Origin: an uncultured Pseudomonadota bacterium | GTDB taxonomy: Bacteria; Myxococcota_A; Polyangia; Fen-1088 | Direction of reading: 5' to 3' | Length of the DNA: 64,000 nt | NCBI GenBank assembly: GCA_963725905.1 | Contig: CAVSAG010000003.1 | Coordinates: forward strand, 449,546-513,545 | Part shown: piece by piece, positions 53,455 through 61,551 of the stretch | How positions within the stretch are numbered: position 1 is the first letter of the stretch | Layout: the number at the start of each line of letters is the position of its first letter | Position numbers and translations under genes: made by a program | Notes under the pieces: model-generated | Seen by the model: only the letters and a program-made list of their open reading frames with translations | Told to the model about the DNA's origin: nothing | The model's database searches: none

Positions 53455-54756
53455 ATGAGCTCTTGTTGCGCGCGCACGAGGTTCGCTGTTTCTCGATTTT
53501 CCTCGGCTGCACGACTCACCCGCGTGGCGGCGGTGCTCCTGGCCGTGTCGGGCTGCGATGGCTCTTCCGGCTCTGGCACCTCGGCCGGAAGCGGAGGTGG
53601 CGGCGGGGTGACCGGGAGCGGCGGGAGCGGCGCGGTGGGCGGGATGAGCGCCGGCGGCGCCGGTGGACTTTCCGGCGGCGCCGGCGGTGCCGCGAACGGA
53701 GGCTCGGCCGGCGGCGCTCCGCCCGGAATCGGCGGGGACTGCTGCGCTCCGCTCGGAACCGGCGGGACCGGCGGCGCGACGCTCGGGGGCGGCGGTGCGG
53801 CCGGCCATCCCGCGGGCGGAGGCGCTGCCGGCAGCGGTGGCGCCGGGGGACATCCCGCGGGGGGAGGCGCTGCCGGCAGCGGTGGCGCCGGGGGACATCC
53901 CGCGGGGGGAGGCAGCGGGGGCGCGGGCGGTCAGGGCGCGCACGGCGGCGTCGGCGGAGGCGCGGCCGGTAGCGGCGGCGCGGGCGGCAAGGCGGGCAAC
54001 ACAGCTCAGATCTGCACGCCGGGCGAGCACGCTTGCCTCGGAAGCGCTCTTTACGTCTGCAACACCGCCGGCACGGCTCGAACGCAGCAGATTCTCTGCG
54101 CCGCCGGCACGTATTGCGACGTCCCGACGCTCGGCTGCCTGCCCCAGATCTGCACGCCGCAGGATCCGGCGTGCGACGGCCAGGTCGCCACGACCTGCAA
54201 CATCACCGGTTCCGGCTACGAGGGGACGCGCACCGATTGCTCGGCGACGCCCGGCCAGCACTGCGAGAGCGGGATGTGCACCTCGCTCACCACCGCCACG
54301 GTCGGCTCGCCGCAGGACACCGGCGCGGTCGGCTCCAGCGAGATGACGTTCAACTTCTACGCCGTGACGGTCAACGTGGCCCTCGCCGAGATCGACGAGC
54401 AGCTGGAAACGAACGCCACCACGAACGTCGCCTGGGCGGTGTACGACGCGGGGACCAATCCCCAGGACGAGTACTACCTGGTCTCGTGGGCGGAGATGTA
54501 CACCTTCTCGAGCTACTACACCTCCTCCGGGCCGATCAGCGTCCCCTTGCTGGCCGGTCACAACTACGCCATCGGCATCTCCGTGCTCGGGTCGTCGCTG
54601 TTTTATTCGGAGACGGGAGCTCTCCCGCAAACGACCAGCTTCGGCACGCTCATCAGCGCGGGGAGCTATTCCGGTGCGCCGCCCCCCTCGACCGGAATCC
54701 CCTGGCGCGCGCCCGCGGGCTTCTTCTATCCGCAAATCCTGAAGACCCAGCACTAA
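53455..54756 (+). CDS. Lipoprotein with a long Gly-rich linker and a Cys-rich/beta domain (hypothetical)
   Basis: 433 aa. VAAVLLAVSGC lipobox. A ~150-aa Gly linker containing the 45-nt repeats. Cys-rich segment ICTPGEHACLGSALYVCN...CESGMC, then a globular C-terminus. Confidence 0.7.
   Translation: MSSCCARTRFAVSRFSSAARLTRVAAVLLAVSGCDGSSGSGTSAGSGGGGGVTGSGGSGAVGGMSAGGAGGLSGGAGGAANGGSAGGAPPGIGGDCCAPLGTGGTGGATLGGGGAAGHPAGGGAAGSGGAGGHPAGGGAAGSGGAGGHPAGGGSGGAGGQGAHGGVGGGAAGSGGAGGKAGNTAQICTPGEHACLGSALYVCNTAGTARTQQILCAAGTYCDVPTLGCLPQICTPQDPACDGQVATTCNITGSGYEGTRTDCSATPGQHCESGMCTSLTTATVGSPQDTGAVGSSEMTFNFYAVTVNVALAEIDEQLETNATTNVAWAVYDAGTNPQDEYYLVSWAEMYTFSSYYTSSGPISVPLLAGHNYAIGISVLGSSLFYSETGALPQTTSFGTLISAGSYSGAPPPSTGIPWRAPAGFFYPQILKTQH
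53806..53916. repeat. In-frame tandem repeat, about 2.4 x 45 nt
   Basis: catcccgcggg(c/g)ggaggcgctgccggcagcggtggcgccggggga repeated; it encodes (HPAGGGAAGSGGAGG)n. Confidence 0.85.
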
Positions 54757-54819
54757 ATCCTGAAGACCCGGCGCTGAGCCAGGTGAGCCGATGCCGGCGC
54801 GACGTTCGCCGGCCGTTGC

Positions 54820-55719
54820 TCACTGCTTGATGTAGAGGCTGGCGCTGTTGCCCAGGATGGGCATGAAGGTGGTGGCGGTCGCCGTGTAGCCGAAGCTCAA
54901 TGAGTCCGGCGTGGGGCAGGTGACCGCGGCGGTCGCCATCGTTCCCACCGGCGTGAAGGTGAACGAGGTGCGTTCGTCCGGAGCGGCGTTGCTCGAGGTC
55001 ACCTCCTCGACGGTGGCGATCCCCGAAGCGGCGTTCGTGATGACCAGCGTGTCCTGGATGGTCATCCCGGTAGGACCCGAGGCTCCGTTCGGACCCGTGT
55101 AGCTGATCGACTCCGAAAGGTAGTACGTCCCGTCGACGATTGTCCCCCCGAGCGGAACCGGCGGATTCGCGGTGGCCTGGAACTCCCCGACCACCGGCGC
55201 GGAGTTCACCACGGAATTGCAGCCGCCCGCGGAGGAGCCAGCGCTTCCACTCGCCCCGGCGATTCCCCCGGTGCCCGTCGCCCCACCGACGCCGCTCGCG
55301 CCGCTCGCGCCGGTTGTGCCCGTCGCCCCACCGACGCCGCTCGCGCCGCTCGCGCCGGCTGTGCCCGCTCTCCCACTGGCGCCGCCGGCGCCGGGAGCTC
55401 CGCCTCTGCCGGCCGTCCCGCCTGCGCCCGTCGCCCCACCGATCCCCATCATGCCGGCGGCTCCGGCAGCGCCGGTCGCTCCGGAGGCTCCCCCGGCGCC
55501 CCCGTTCGTACCCACAGCGCCACCGATCGCGCCCGCCTTGCCCGCGGTTCCGCCACCGGCGGCAGCAATGGCCCCGCCTGCGCCGGCGCCCCCGCGACCC
55601 GCGTCCGAGTCCGTCAAGGTCTCCGACCCGCAGGCCGCCAGCGCGAGGGACGCAGCGACGAAGAGAGCAACGAGGAGAACCCGCCTCGAGACCGGACGAC
55701 ACGCCATGCCGCCCACCAT
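54820..55719 (-). CDS. Lipoprotein (paralog of 51483..52136) with an expanded Gly linker
   Basis: ATG at 55719 or 55707 inside the listed 54820..56022 ORF. MACRPVSRRVLLVALFVAASLALAACGS, a ~170-aa Gly/Ala/Thr/Ser linker, GGTIVDGTYYLSESISYTG, ending ...TATTFMPILGNSASLYIKQ. Confidence 0.7.
   Translation of the reverse strand: MVGGMACRPVSRRVLLVALFVAASLALAACGSETLTDSDAGRGGAGAGGAIAAAGGGTAGKAGAIGGAVGTNGGAGGASGATGAAGAAGMMGIGGATGAGGTAGRGGAPGAGGASGRAGTAGASGASGVGGATGTTGASGASGVGGATGTGGIAGASGSAGSSAGGCNSVVNSAPVVGEFQATANPPVPLGGTIVDGTYYLSESISYTGPNGASGPTGMTIQDTLVITNAASGIATVEEVTSSNAAPDERTSFTFTPVGTMATAAVTCPTPDSLSFGYTATATTFMPILGNSASLYIKQ
55271..55368. repeat. In-frame tandem repeat, about 2.2 x 45 nt
   Basis: gtgcccgtcgccccaccgacgccgctcgcgccgctcgcgccgg(t/c)t repeated. 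On the coding (minus) strand it encodes (TGASGASGVGGATGT)n. Confidence 0.85.
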
Positions 55720-55827
55720 CGTACGCTGCCGGAGGCGCCGCTGCGACTCTGCCTGGTTTCGCGATGGTCGCTCGCGCCTGGAAACCACCGGGCAACATCG
55801 TTCGAGCGCTTCGGGTAAGATGGGGGC

Positions 55828-56046
55828 ATGAGCCGGTTGCAGACGCAGGACGAGGTGGATGCGCTGGTTCGTGATCGCGTGGCGAAGCAGCTTTCGAAGG
55901 ACATCTCCGCGTATCGCGGCGCGCCCGCCGCCGCGAAGGAGATTCTCCGGGGGTTCGCCTCGGCGCGGATGTTGAACATCGATCTGCGGCCGTTCGAGGA
56001 CGCGCTGGCCGACAAGCATCAAGAGCTGGACTCCAGCGCCGCCTGA
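55828..56046 (+). CDS. Small hypothetical protein
   Basis: 72 aa. MSRLQTQDEVDALVRDRVAKQLSKDISAYRGAPAAAKEILRGFASARMLNIDLRPFEDALADKHQELDSSAA. Balanced composition. Its last 8 codons form the left copy of the 24-bp direct repeat. Confidence 0.5.
   Translation: MSRLQTQDEVDALVRDRVAKQLSKDISAYRGAPAAAKEILRGFASARMLNIDLRPFEDALADKHQELDSSAA
56023..56046. repeat. 24-bp perfect direct repeat, left copy
   Basis: gagctggactccagcgccgcctga is identical to 58761-58784. Confidence 0.9.
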
Positions 56047-56216
56047 CGCTCGCCGCTCGCGCCGAAACCCCGGACAACTGAGCCGGGCGGTCTCAGCTTT
56101 CTGAGGGGCGCGGTCGTCAGGGCGGCGCGCCGTGCAGGGTCTGCTCTGGTCCGGAGGTTGCTTCGTTCAACGCGACGATGCGACCAAACGTTCGGTCTGA
56201 TCTAAGCTCGAGCGAC

Positions 56217-56993
56217 ATGTGCTGGCGCGCGGTTCGCCGTTCCATTGTTCTGACCGCGTTGCTTCTTGGTTGCGCGCAGCAGTCGTTGATGTCGACCAGC
56301 GGCGGGGGCGCAGGTGGGTTCGCCGGCGGGGCCGTCGGTGGGGGCGCAGGTGGGGTCGCCGGCGGGGGCGCGACGGCTGGAACCGCGGGCGGGCTCGCCG
56401 GAGGCGGAGGCATGGCGGGCGGCGGCGGCGCGGGTGGGGTGGCGGGCACGCAGGGGGGGTATGCAGGCATTGCCGGCGCGATCGCCGGTGCGGCCGGTGC
56501 GGCCGCCGGCGCGAGCGGAACGGGCGGTGCGCCCGTCGACGCTTCCGTGCCCGATCCTTGGTCGTATGGCGGGCGCCCGGTGACCCAGATCGACGTGAAG
56601 TGGTGCCCCGCGTACAACTTTCGTTGCGCCGTCTGCAGCTACACGCTCGGGGGGACACCGGATGCGGGCCCCCCGCCGAGCACGCCCTATGTTTGGCCGG
56701 CACCGGTCTGCGAGCCGCGGCCGGTCGATGCCGGCACGGACGGTGCGTCGTCGGCCGTCGCGCACCGGGTCGGTCCCGTTCCCTGCCTAGGCGGAACTCT
56801 CGACGGCGGCGCCCCCGAGTTCACCGAGGTGGTCGTGCAACCGAACGGCGGGACGGCGTCGCTCCCGCAGGCCTACTGTCAGTTCCTCCCTGCCAACCCC
56901 ATTGCGACCAACATGTATGCCTGCCAGTTGCTGAACTTGAACAAGAGCTGCGTGTCCGACTGCTCGGACTGTCCGCTGGCATTTCCGCCGTAG
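56217..56993 (+). CDS. Cys-rich lipoprotein (paralog of 50741..51385)
   Basis: ATG at 56217 inside the listed 56178..56993 ORF. MCWRAVRRSIVLTALLLGC, a ~90-aa Gly linker, and the shared motifs APVDASVPDPWSYGGRPVTQIDVKWC, AYCQFLP, CVSDCSDCP. Confidence 0.7.
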   Translation: MCWRAVRRSIVLTALLLGCAQQSLMSTSGGGAGGFAGGAVGGGAGGVAGGGATAGTAGGLAGGGGMAGGGGAGGVAGTQGGYAGIAGAIAGAAGAAAGASGTGGAPVDASVPDPWSYGGRPVTQIDVKWCPAYNFRCAVCSYTLGGTPDAGPPPSTPYVWPAPVCEPRPVDAGTDGASSAVAHRVGPVPCLGGTLDGGAPEFTEVVVQPNGGTASLPQAYCQFLPANPIATNMYACQLLNLNKSCVSDCSDCPLAFPP

Positions 56994-57010
56994 TGAACGG
57001 AGGCAAGGAG

Positions 57011-58723
57011 ATGCTGCGTCCGGGTCCAAAGTCGCTGGTCGTCTGGGGGTGGGTCGCCCTGGCGATGGCCGGCTGCACGTCGTCGAACGGCGCACCGACC
57101 GGTCCGGGTGGCCAGGGAGGGCCCGGCGGCGCGGCGGGACTGGCGGGGGCCCCAAGCACGGGCGGCGCCGCGGGGATCGGCGGCGCCGCGGGCATCGGTG
57201 GCGCCGCGGGCATCGCGGGCGCTCCGGGAATCGCCGGGGCGGCGGGAACCGGGATCCTCCCCGGTACGGGCGGGGCCGGGGGAGCGTCGCCCCCGTTCGG
57301 GGTCGTTTATGCCGGCACCGAGGTCGAGTTCGTGGACCTCGTCAATCCGACCAACATGGTCGACATCCTCTTCGTGATCGACGACTCCCCCGCGATGGCC
57401 TCCGCGCAGCAGAAGCTGTTCTCTGAAGTGCCGGGTTTCCTGACGGCCTTGAACCAGATGTCGCCCACGCCGTTGAACCTGCACATCGCCGTGACCTCGG
57501 CGGACATGGGCGCGCCCGGGGATGCGGGTGTCTGCTCGACGACCGGCGACGCGGGTGAATTTCAATTCGCGCCGCGTGGGTCCTGCGCCGCCACGACGCT
57601 GGCCCCCGGCGCGACCTTCCTGACGATCGATGAAAACGGCGTCTCCAACTCGACCGACCCGCCAGAGCAGGTCTTGCAGTGCATCGGGCTCCTGGGTGGG
57701 GGCGGCTGCGGATTCAGCCAGCCGGTGGCGGCGGCGCTGGCCGCGCTGGGTGTCAGCAGCGCGGGCTTCCCGCTCGACCCGCCCCCCGCGAACGTGGGGT
57801 TCGCCCGGCAGGGCGCGGTCCTGGCCGTCATCATCCTCACGGACCAGGACGACTGCTCGGCGCCGGCGACCACCGACATGTTCTCGTTGCTCGGGTACCC
57901 GAACAATCTCGAGAACCCGCTGGGCCCGCTCACGCCGTTTCGCTGCAATCGATATGGACACCTCTGCACGAATCAGGCGGGCGCCACGGGCGTCAGCCCG
58001 CCGCTCAAGATGCCGGCGGGGACCAGCGTCGTCGAGCTCGATGACTGCGTCTCGAACGACAGCCAGAGCAGGCGGATCGCGTCGGTCGGCGATCTCCTCG
58101 ATGAATTCAGGTACGTCGCGCCGTTTCCAAGCTCCCGGCTCGTGATGGCCGGCCTGATGCCGCCGGCCTCCCCCTATGGTGTGCAGTGGTACCAGGAGAC
58201 GGCGACCGGCGAGGCGTGGCCCGAGGTGCAGCACAGCTGCGGTCCGGCCGGGGGCGCCGACGTGTCGCCGGAGGCCACCTCGACCAGCGACGGGTCCTTC
58301 GGCGACCCGGCGGTCCGGCTCACGCAGCTCGCGACGTCGATCGAAAATCACGTCATCGCGTCGAGCTGCGACGCCAGCTACGGCGCGTCGCTCGCGGCGA
58401 TCGCACAGAAGGTCATCCGCGCCGCGACCGTCTCCTCCTGCGTGCAGGGACCGATACAACGCGACAGCCAGGGACAGCCCAACTGCGTCACTTACGAGGC
58501 CTATCCGGACAATTCCTCTTCGACGTTCGAGATGGTTTCCAACTGCGCCGAGAACGGCGGCGCGGTTCCCTGTCTCACCGCCACGCCGGACCCGGAGTGT
58601 CCCCAAGGTGGCTACGTCTTCAACGCCAGCCTGGACCCGCGCATCACCGACCAGACGCGCTACGACCTCACGGTGGAATGCATCCACTGCCAGCCCGGCT
58701 CGACGGCGCCAGGCTGCGACTAG
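57011..58723 (+). CDS. Lipoprotein with a vWA-like domain (hypothetical)
   Basis: AGGAG Shine-Dalgarno, then the ATG at 57011 (tail of the listed 56219..58723 ORF). 570 aa. LVVWGWVALAMAGC lipobox. (GGAAGI)n linker. VDILFVIDDSPAM (MIDAS-like), VLAVIILTDQDDCS. Many conserved Cys toward the C-terminus. Confidence 0.75.
   Translation: MLRPGPKSLVVWGWVALAMAGCTSSNGAPTGPGGQGGPGGAAGLAGAPSTGGAAGIGGAAGIGGAAGIAGAPGIAGAAGTGILPGTGGAGGASPPFGVVYAGTEVEFVDLVNPTNMVDILFVIDDSPAMASAQQKLFSEVPGFLTALNQMSPTPLNLHIAVTSADMGAPGDAGVCSTTGDAGEFQFAPRGSCAATTLAPGATFLTIDENGVSNSTDPPEQVLQCIGLLGGGGCGFSQPVAAALAALGVSSAGFPLDPPPANVGFARQGAVLAVIILTDQDDCSAPATTDMFSLLGYPNNLENPLGPLTPFRCNRYGHLCTNQAGATGVSPPLKMPAGTSVVELDDCVSNDSQSRRIASVGDLLDEFRYVAPFPSSRLVMAGLMPPASPYGVQWYQETATGEAWPEVQHSCGPAGGADVSPEATSTSDGSFGDPAVRLTQLATSIENHVIASSCDASYGASLAAIAQKVIRAATVSSCVQGPIQRDSQGQPNCVTYEAYPDNSSSTFEMVSNCAENGGAVPCLTATPDPECPQGGYVFNASLDPRITDQTRYDLTVECIHCQPGSTAPGCD
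57161..57232. repeat. In-frame tandem repeat, 4 x 18 nt
   Basis: ggcggcgccgcggg(g/c)atc units encoding GGAAGI GGAAGI GGAAGI AGAPGI. Confidence 0.8.
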
Positions 58724-58760
58724 TTTCGCGGTGGACGGCTCGCTGCCGCCCGCGTCCCCG

Positions 58761-58784
58761 GAGCTGGACTCCAGCGCCGCCTGA
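58761..58784. repeat. 24-bp perfect direct repeat, right copy
   Basis: gagctggactccagcgccgcctga, non-coding here, 38 nt after the stop of the 57011 gene. Confidence 0.9.
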
Positions 58785-58867
58785 TCCGCCTGCCGTCGCC
58801 GGGGTTCGTGGCTCAGATCACCCAACGCGCGGTGGCCATTTCCGGGATCATTGCCTAGCCTCTGGGC

Positions 58868-59887
58868 ATGGCTTCCGCGCGATCGGCGACGCCGCGGCCG
58901 GCGTGGCAGCGCTACGGCGCGGCTGTCGTGCTGACCTGTGTGGCTGTGGCGGGGCGGCTGGCGCTCGATCCGGTGTGGGGACACCAGCACAACCGCCACC
59001 TGGTTTTTCTTCCGATGGTGATGGTGGCGGCGTGGCTCGGGGGGCTTGGCCCGGGCGTCGTCTCGGCCGTGCTCTCCACGGCGGCGCTGGGATACTTCTG
59101 GGCCGACGGCGCGCGCGAGCCGGTCGCGGTGACCGTCGTCGATCTGGCGCTGTTCTTCGCCATCGGCGCGGCGTTGAGCGCGATGGTCGAGTCTCTGCAC
59201 CGGGCGCGCGCCCGCGCCGAGGCCGCCGTCCGTTCGCGGGCGCGGGTGATGGAGATCGTCGCCCACGATCTGCGCAATCCCCTGGGCGCGATCGGGATGA
59301 GCGCCGAGGCGCTGCTGCGCCGGGCTGTGGACGAGCCGGAGCGGCGTCCCATCGAGCGAATCGTGAACGCGGTGTCGCGGATGGACGGCCTCATCGGGGA
59401 TCTGGTCGACGTCACCGGGATCGAACACGAGACGCTGGCCGTGACGCGCACCCGCGAGGCGGTCGAGCCGATCGTGCGCGAGACGGCCGAGGCCTTCCTG
59501 CCCAGGGCCGAGCAGCGCAACATCACGCTGGAGGTCAGCAACCCAGCCGCCGAGCTCACGATCGCCGCCGACCGCGCCCGGATCGTTCAGCTGCTGGGGA
59601 ACCTGATGGGGAACGCGCTGAAGTTCACGCCCGAGGGGGGCCACGTGGCGCTCCGGGTCTCGGGGCAGGAGCGCGAGGTGCGCTTCGAGGTCGCCGACAC
59701 GGGTCCCGGGATCGCGGCTGAAAACGTCCCGCACATCTTCGAGCAGTACTGGAAGGGCGACACTCAGGGATCGGGGCTGGGGCTGTTCATCGCGCGGAGC
59801 ATCGCGCAGGCCCACCGCGGCGAGCTGGGGGTGAGGACCGCGCCCGGCGCCGGCGCCACCTTCTTCTTGACGCTGCCACGCGAATGA
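58868..59887 (+). CDS. Sensor histidine kinase (membrane N-terminus, HisKA plus HATPase_c)
   Basis: 339 aa. Three or four N-terminal TM segments. H-box VAHDLRNPLGAI; N-box LLGNLMGNALKFTPEGG; G1 DTGPGI; G2 GSGLGLFIARS. No response-regulator gene is adjacent. Confidence 0.85.
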   Translation: MASARSATPRPAWQRYGAAVVLTCVAVAGRLALDPVWGHQHNRHLVFLPMVMVAAWLGGLGPGVVSAVLSTAALGYFWADGAREPVAVTVVDLALFFAIGAALSAMVESLHRARARAEAAVRSRARVMEIVAHDLRNPLGAIGMSAEALLRRAVDEPERRPIERIVNAVSRMDGLIGDLVDVTGIEHETLAVTRTREAVEPIVRETAEAFLPRAEQRNITLEVSNPAAELTIAADRARIVQLLGNLMGNALKFTPEGGHVALRVSGQEREVRFEVADTGPGIAAENVPHIFEQYWKGDTQGSGLGLFIARSIAQAHRGELGVRTAPGAGATFFLTLPRE

Positions 59888-59911
59888 ACCGTCGTTGCGG
59901 GAAGACTCCCA

Positions 59912-60604
59912 ATGGCGGCGCGGCCCGGCGCCCCAAACATTGTCGAGGTGGGGAAGGGGCCATTGCGGCGCGTGCTCGTGCTGGTGGGGTCGGTGGTGGC
60001 GCTGGTCGCCGGAAGCGCCGCCGGCGGGCGCGCGCTCACGGCGTCGCTCGCGCCGCGGCTCGTCCCGGTGCCGCTGATCTCGCAGTCGTCCCCGTGGACC
60101 TGCGGTCCGGCCGCCTTGATGGCGGTGCTCGTCTATTTCGGGGTCTACGACGGGGCCGAGTCGCAGCTCGACGCCGAGCTGGCCGTCACGCCGGAGGACG
60201 GAACCCGCGTCCGCGACATGGTCGCCGTCGCGCGCCGCTTCGGTCTCCGGGCCGACGCGCGGACCGGGCTCGGGTTCGAGGATCTGAGGCGGGAGCTGGC
60301 GCGGGGCGCCGTCGTCATCGTGGCGCTGCAGGCCTGGGCCACCGGGCAGGTGACCGACTGGCGCTCGGACTGGGAGGACGGCCACTACGTGGTCGTCGTC
60401 GGCGTCGGCGGCGATCGCGTCTACTTCATGGATCCTTCCGTGCGCACGGGATACGCCTACCTGCCGCGGGCCGAGTTCGTCGACCGCTGGCACGACTACG
60501 ACCTCGACCGCGGCCGGAAGGTCGTCTGGGACCGGCTGGGGATCGTGATCCGGGGCGGGGCGGGGCTCGGGCGGTACCCGGCCGAGCCGACGCCGGTCCA
60601 ATAG
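59912..60604 (+). CDS. C39-like (papain-fold) cysteine peptidase domain protein, membrane-anchored
   Basis: 230 aa. TM helix VLVLVGSVVALVAGSAA. QSSPWTCGPAALMAVLVYFG (catalytic Cys context), DGHYVVVVGVGGDRVYFMDP (His), and the C-terminal WHDYD. Confidence 0.7.
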   Translation: MAARPGAPNIVEVGKGPLRRVLVLVGSVVALVAGSAAGGRALTASLAPRLVPVPLISQSSPWTCGPAALMAVLVYFGVYDGAESQLDAELAVTPEDGTRVRDMVAVARRFGLRADARTGLGFEDLRRELARGAVVIVALQAWATGQVTDWRSDWEDGHYVVVVGVGGDRVYFMDPSVRTGYAYLPRAEFVDRWHDYDLDRGRKVVWDRLGIVIRGGAGLGRYPAEPTPVQ

Positions 60605-60635
60605 CGCCCGCCTCGCGTAGGATGCCCCGGGATCC

Positions 60636-61499
60636 ATGAGCGCCCGGCGGACAACCGCGTCTTCGTTCGCGTCTTCGCTCGCGTCTTCGCTCGCGTCCTC
60701 GCTCGCGTTCGCGTCCTCGTTCGCGCTCGCGCTCGCGCTCGTGCTCGCCCTAGCGTTGGCGGTGGGATGCAGCGCTACGCAGCCGCCCGTGACAGTCAAT
60801 CCGTTCGACGGCAGCGCGAGCGCGTGGCCCGACGTCGCCCCGCCGTTCAACGTCCTGCTCTTCAGCCGCACCGCCGGCTTCCGGCACCAGTCGATCCCGA
60901 CGGCGATCGCGGCGCTGAAGGCGCTGCAGTCGGCGGGCGACTACGTTGCCGAGGCGACCGAGGACGCGACGCAGTTCTCGCCCGCCAACCTGGCGCGGTT
61001 TCAGGTGGTGGTGTTCCTGCTGACCACCGGCGACGTGCTCGACGCCGACCAGCAGGCCGCCTTCGAGGCCTGGATCGGCGCGGGCGGAAACTACCTCGGC
61101 GTGCACTCGGCCGCCGACACCGAGCACGACTGGCCGTTCTACGGCACGCTGGTCGGCGCGTACTTCGTCAGCCACCCGGACGTGCAGTCGGCGAGCGTCG
61201 ACCCCGAGGCAGCGGGCAACCCGATCGTCGCCGGGCTGCCTTCGCCCTGGGTGCGCACCGACGAGTGGTACAACTTCGACGTCGACCCCCGCCCCAACGT
61301 CACCGTGCTAGCGACCGTCGACGAATCGACGTACACGGGCGGCACGATGGGCGCCGACCATCCGATCATGTGGCAGCACCCGACGGGCGGCGGCGGCCGC
61401 GCGTTCTACACCGCCATGGGCCACACCGACGACAGTTACCGCGATCCTCTGTTCCAGCGTCTGCTGGTCGGCGGCCTGCGTTGGGCCGCGGGCCGCTGA
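60636..61499 (+). CDS. ThuA-domain protein (exported lipoprotein)
   Basis: 287 aa. Repeat-encoded signal peptide ending LALAVGCS. VLLFSRTAGFRHQSIP, GGNYLGVHSAADT, YFVSHP, DEWYNF, HPIMWQH, RAFYTAMGHT. Confidence 0.85.
   Translation: MSARRTTASSFASSLASSLASSLAFASSFALALALVLALALAVGCSATQPPVTVNPFDGSASAWPDVAPPFNVLLFSRTAGFRHQSIPTAIAALKALQSAGDYVAEATEDATQFSPANLARFQVVVFLLTTGDVLDADQQAAFEAWIGAGGNYLGVHSAADTEHDWPFYGTLVGAYFVSHPDVQSASVDPEAAGNPIVAGLPSPWVRTDEWYNFDVDPRPNVTVLATVDESTYTGGTMGADHPIMWQHPTGGGGRAFYTAMGHTDDSYRDPLFQRLLVGGLRWAAGR
60655..60746. repeat. Degenerate 6/12-nt tandem repeat inside the signal-peptide coding region
   Basis: gcgtcttcg(t/c)tc x3, gcgtcctcgctc, then gcg(c/t)tc units. It encodes SSFASSLASSLASSLAFASSFALALALVLAL. 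Confidence 0.8.
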
Positions 61500-61551
61500 G
61501 CGCGCACCTCTACCTCTGTACGCTCGCCGCCGCCGGCCTCACAATGAGCGT

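Noticed and set aside
56879-60871. A 1330-aa ORF on the minus strand, the longest in the track.
   Set aside because: It is Arg/Gly/Pro/Asp-rich with no recognisable motifs. It runs antisense to four well-supported + strand genes (vWA lipoprotein, histidine kinase, C39-like peptidase, ThuA). This is a typical stop-codon-poor antisense frame in ~70% GC DNA.
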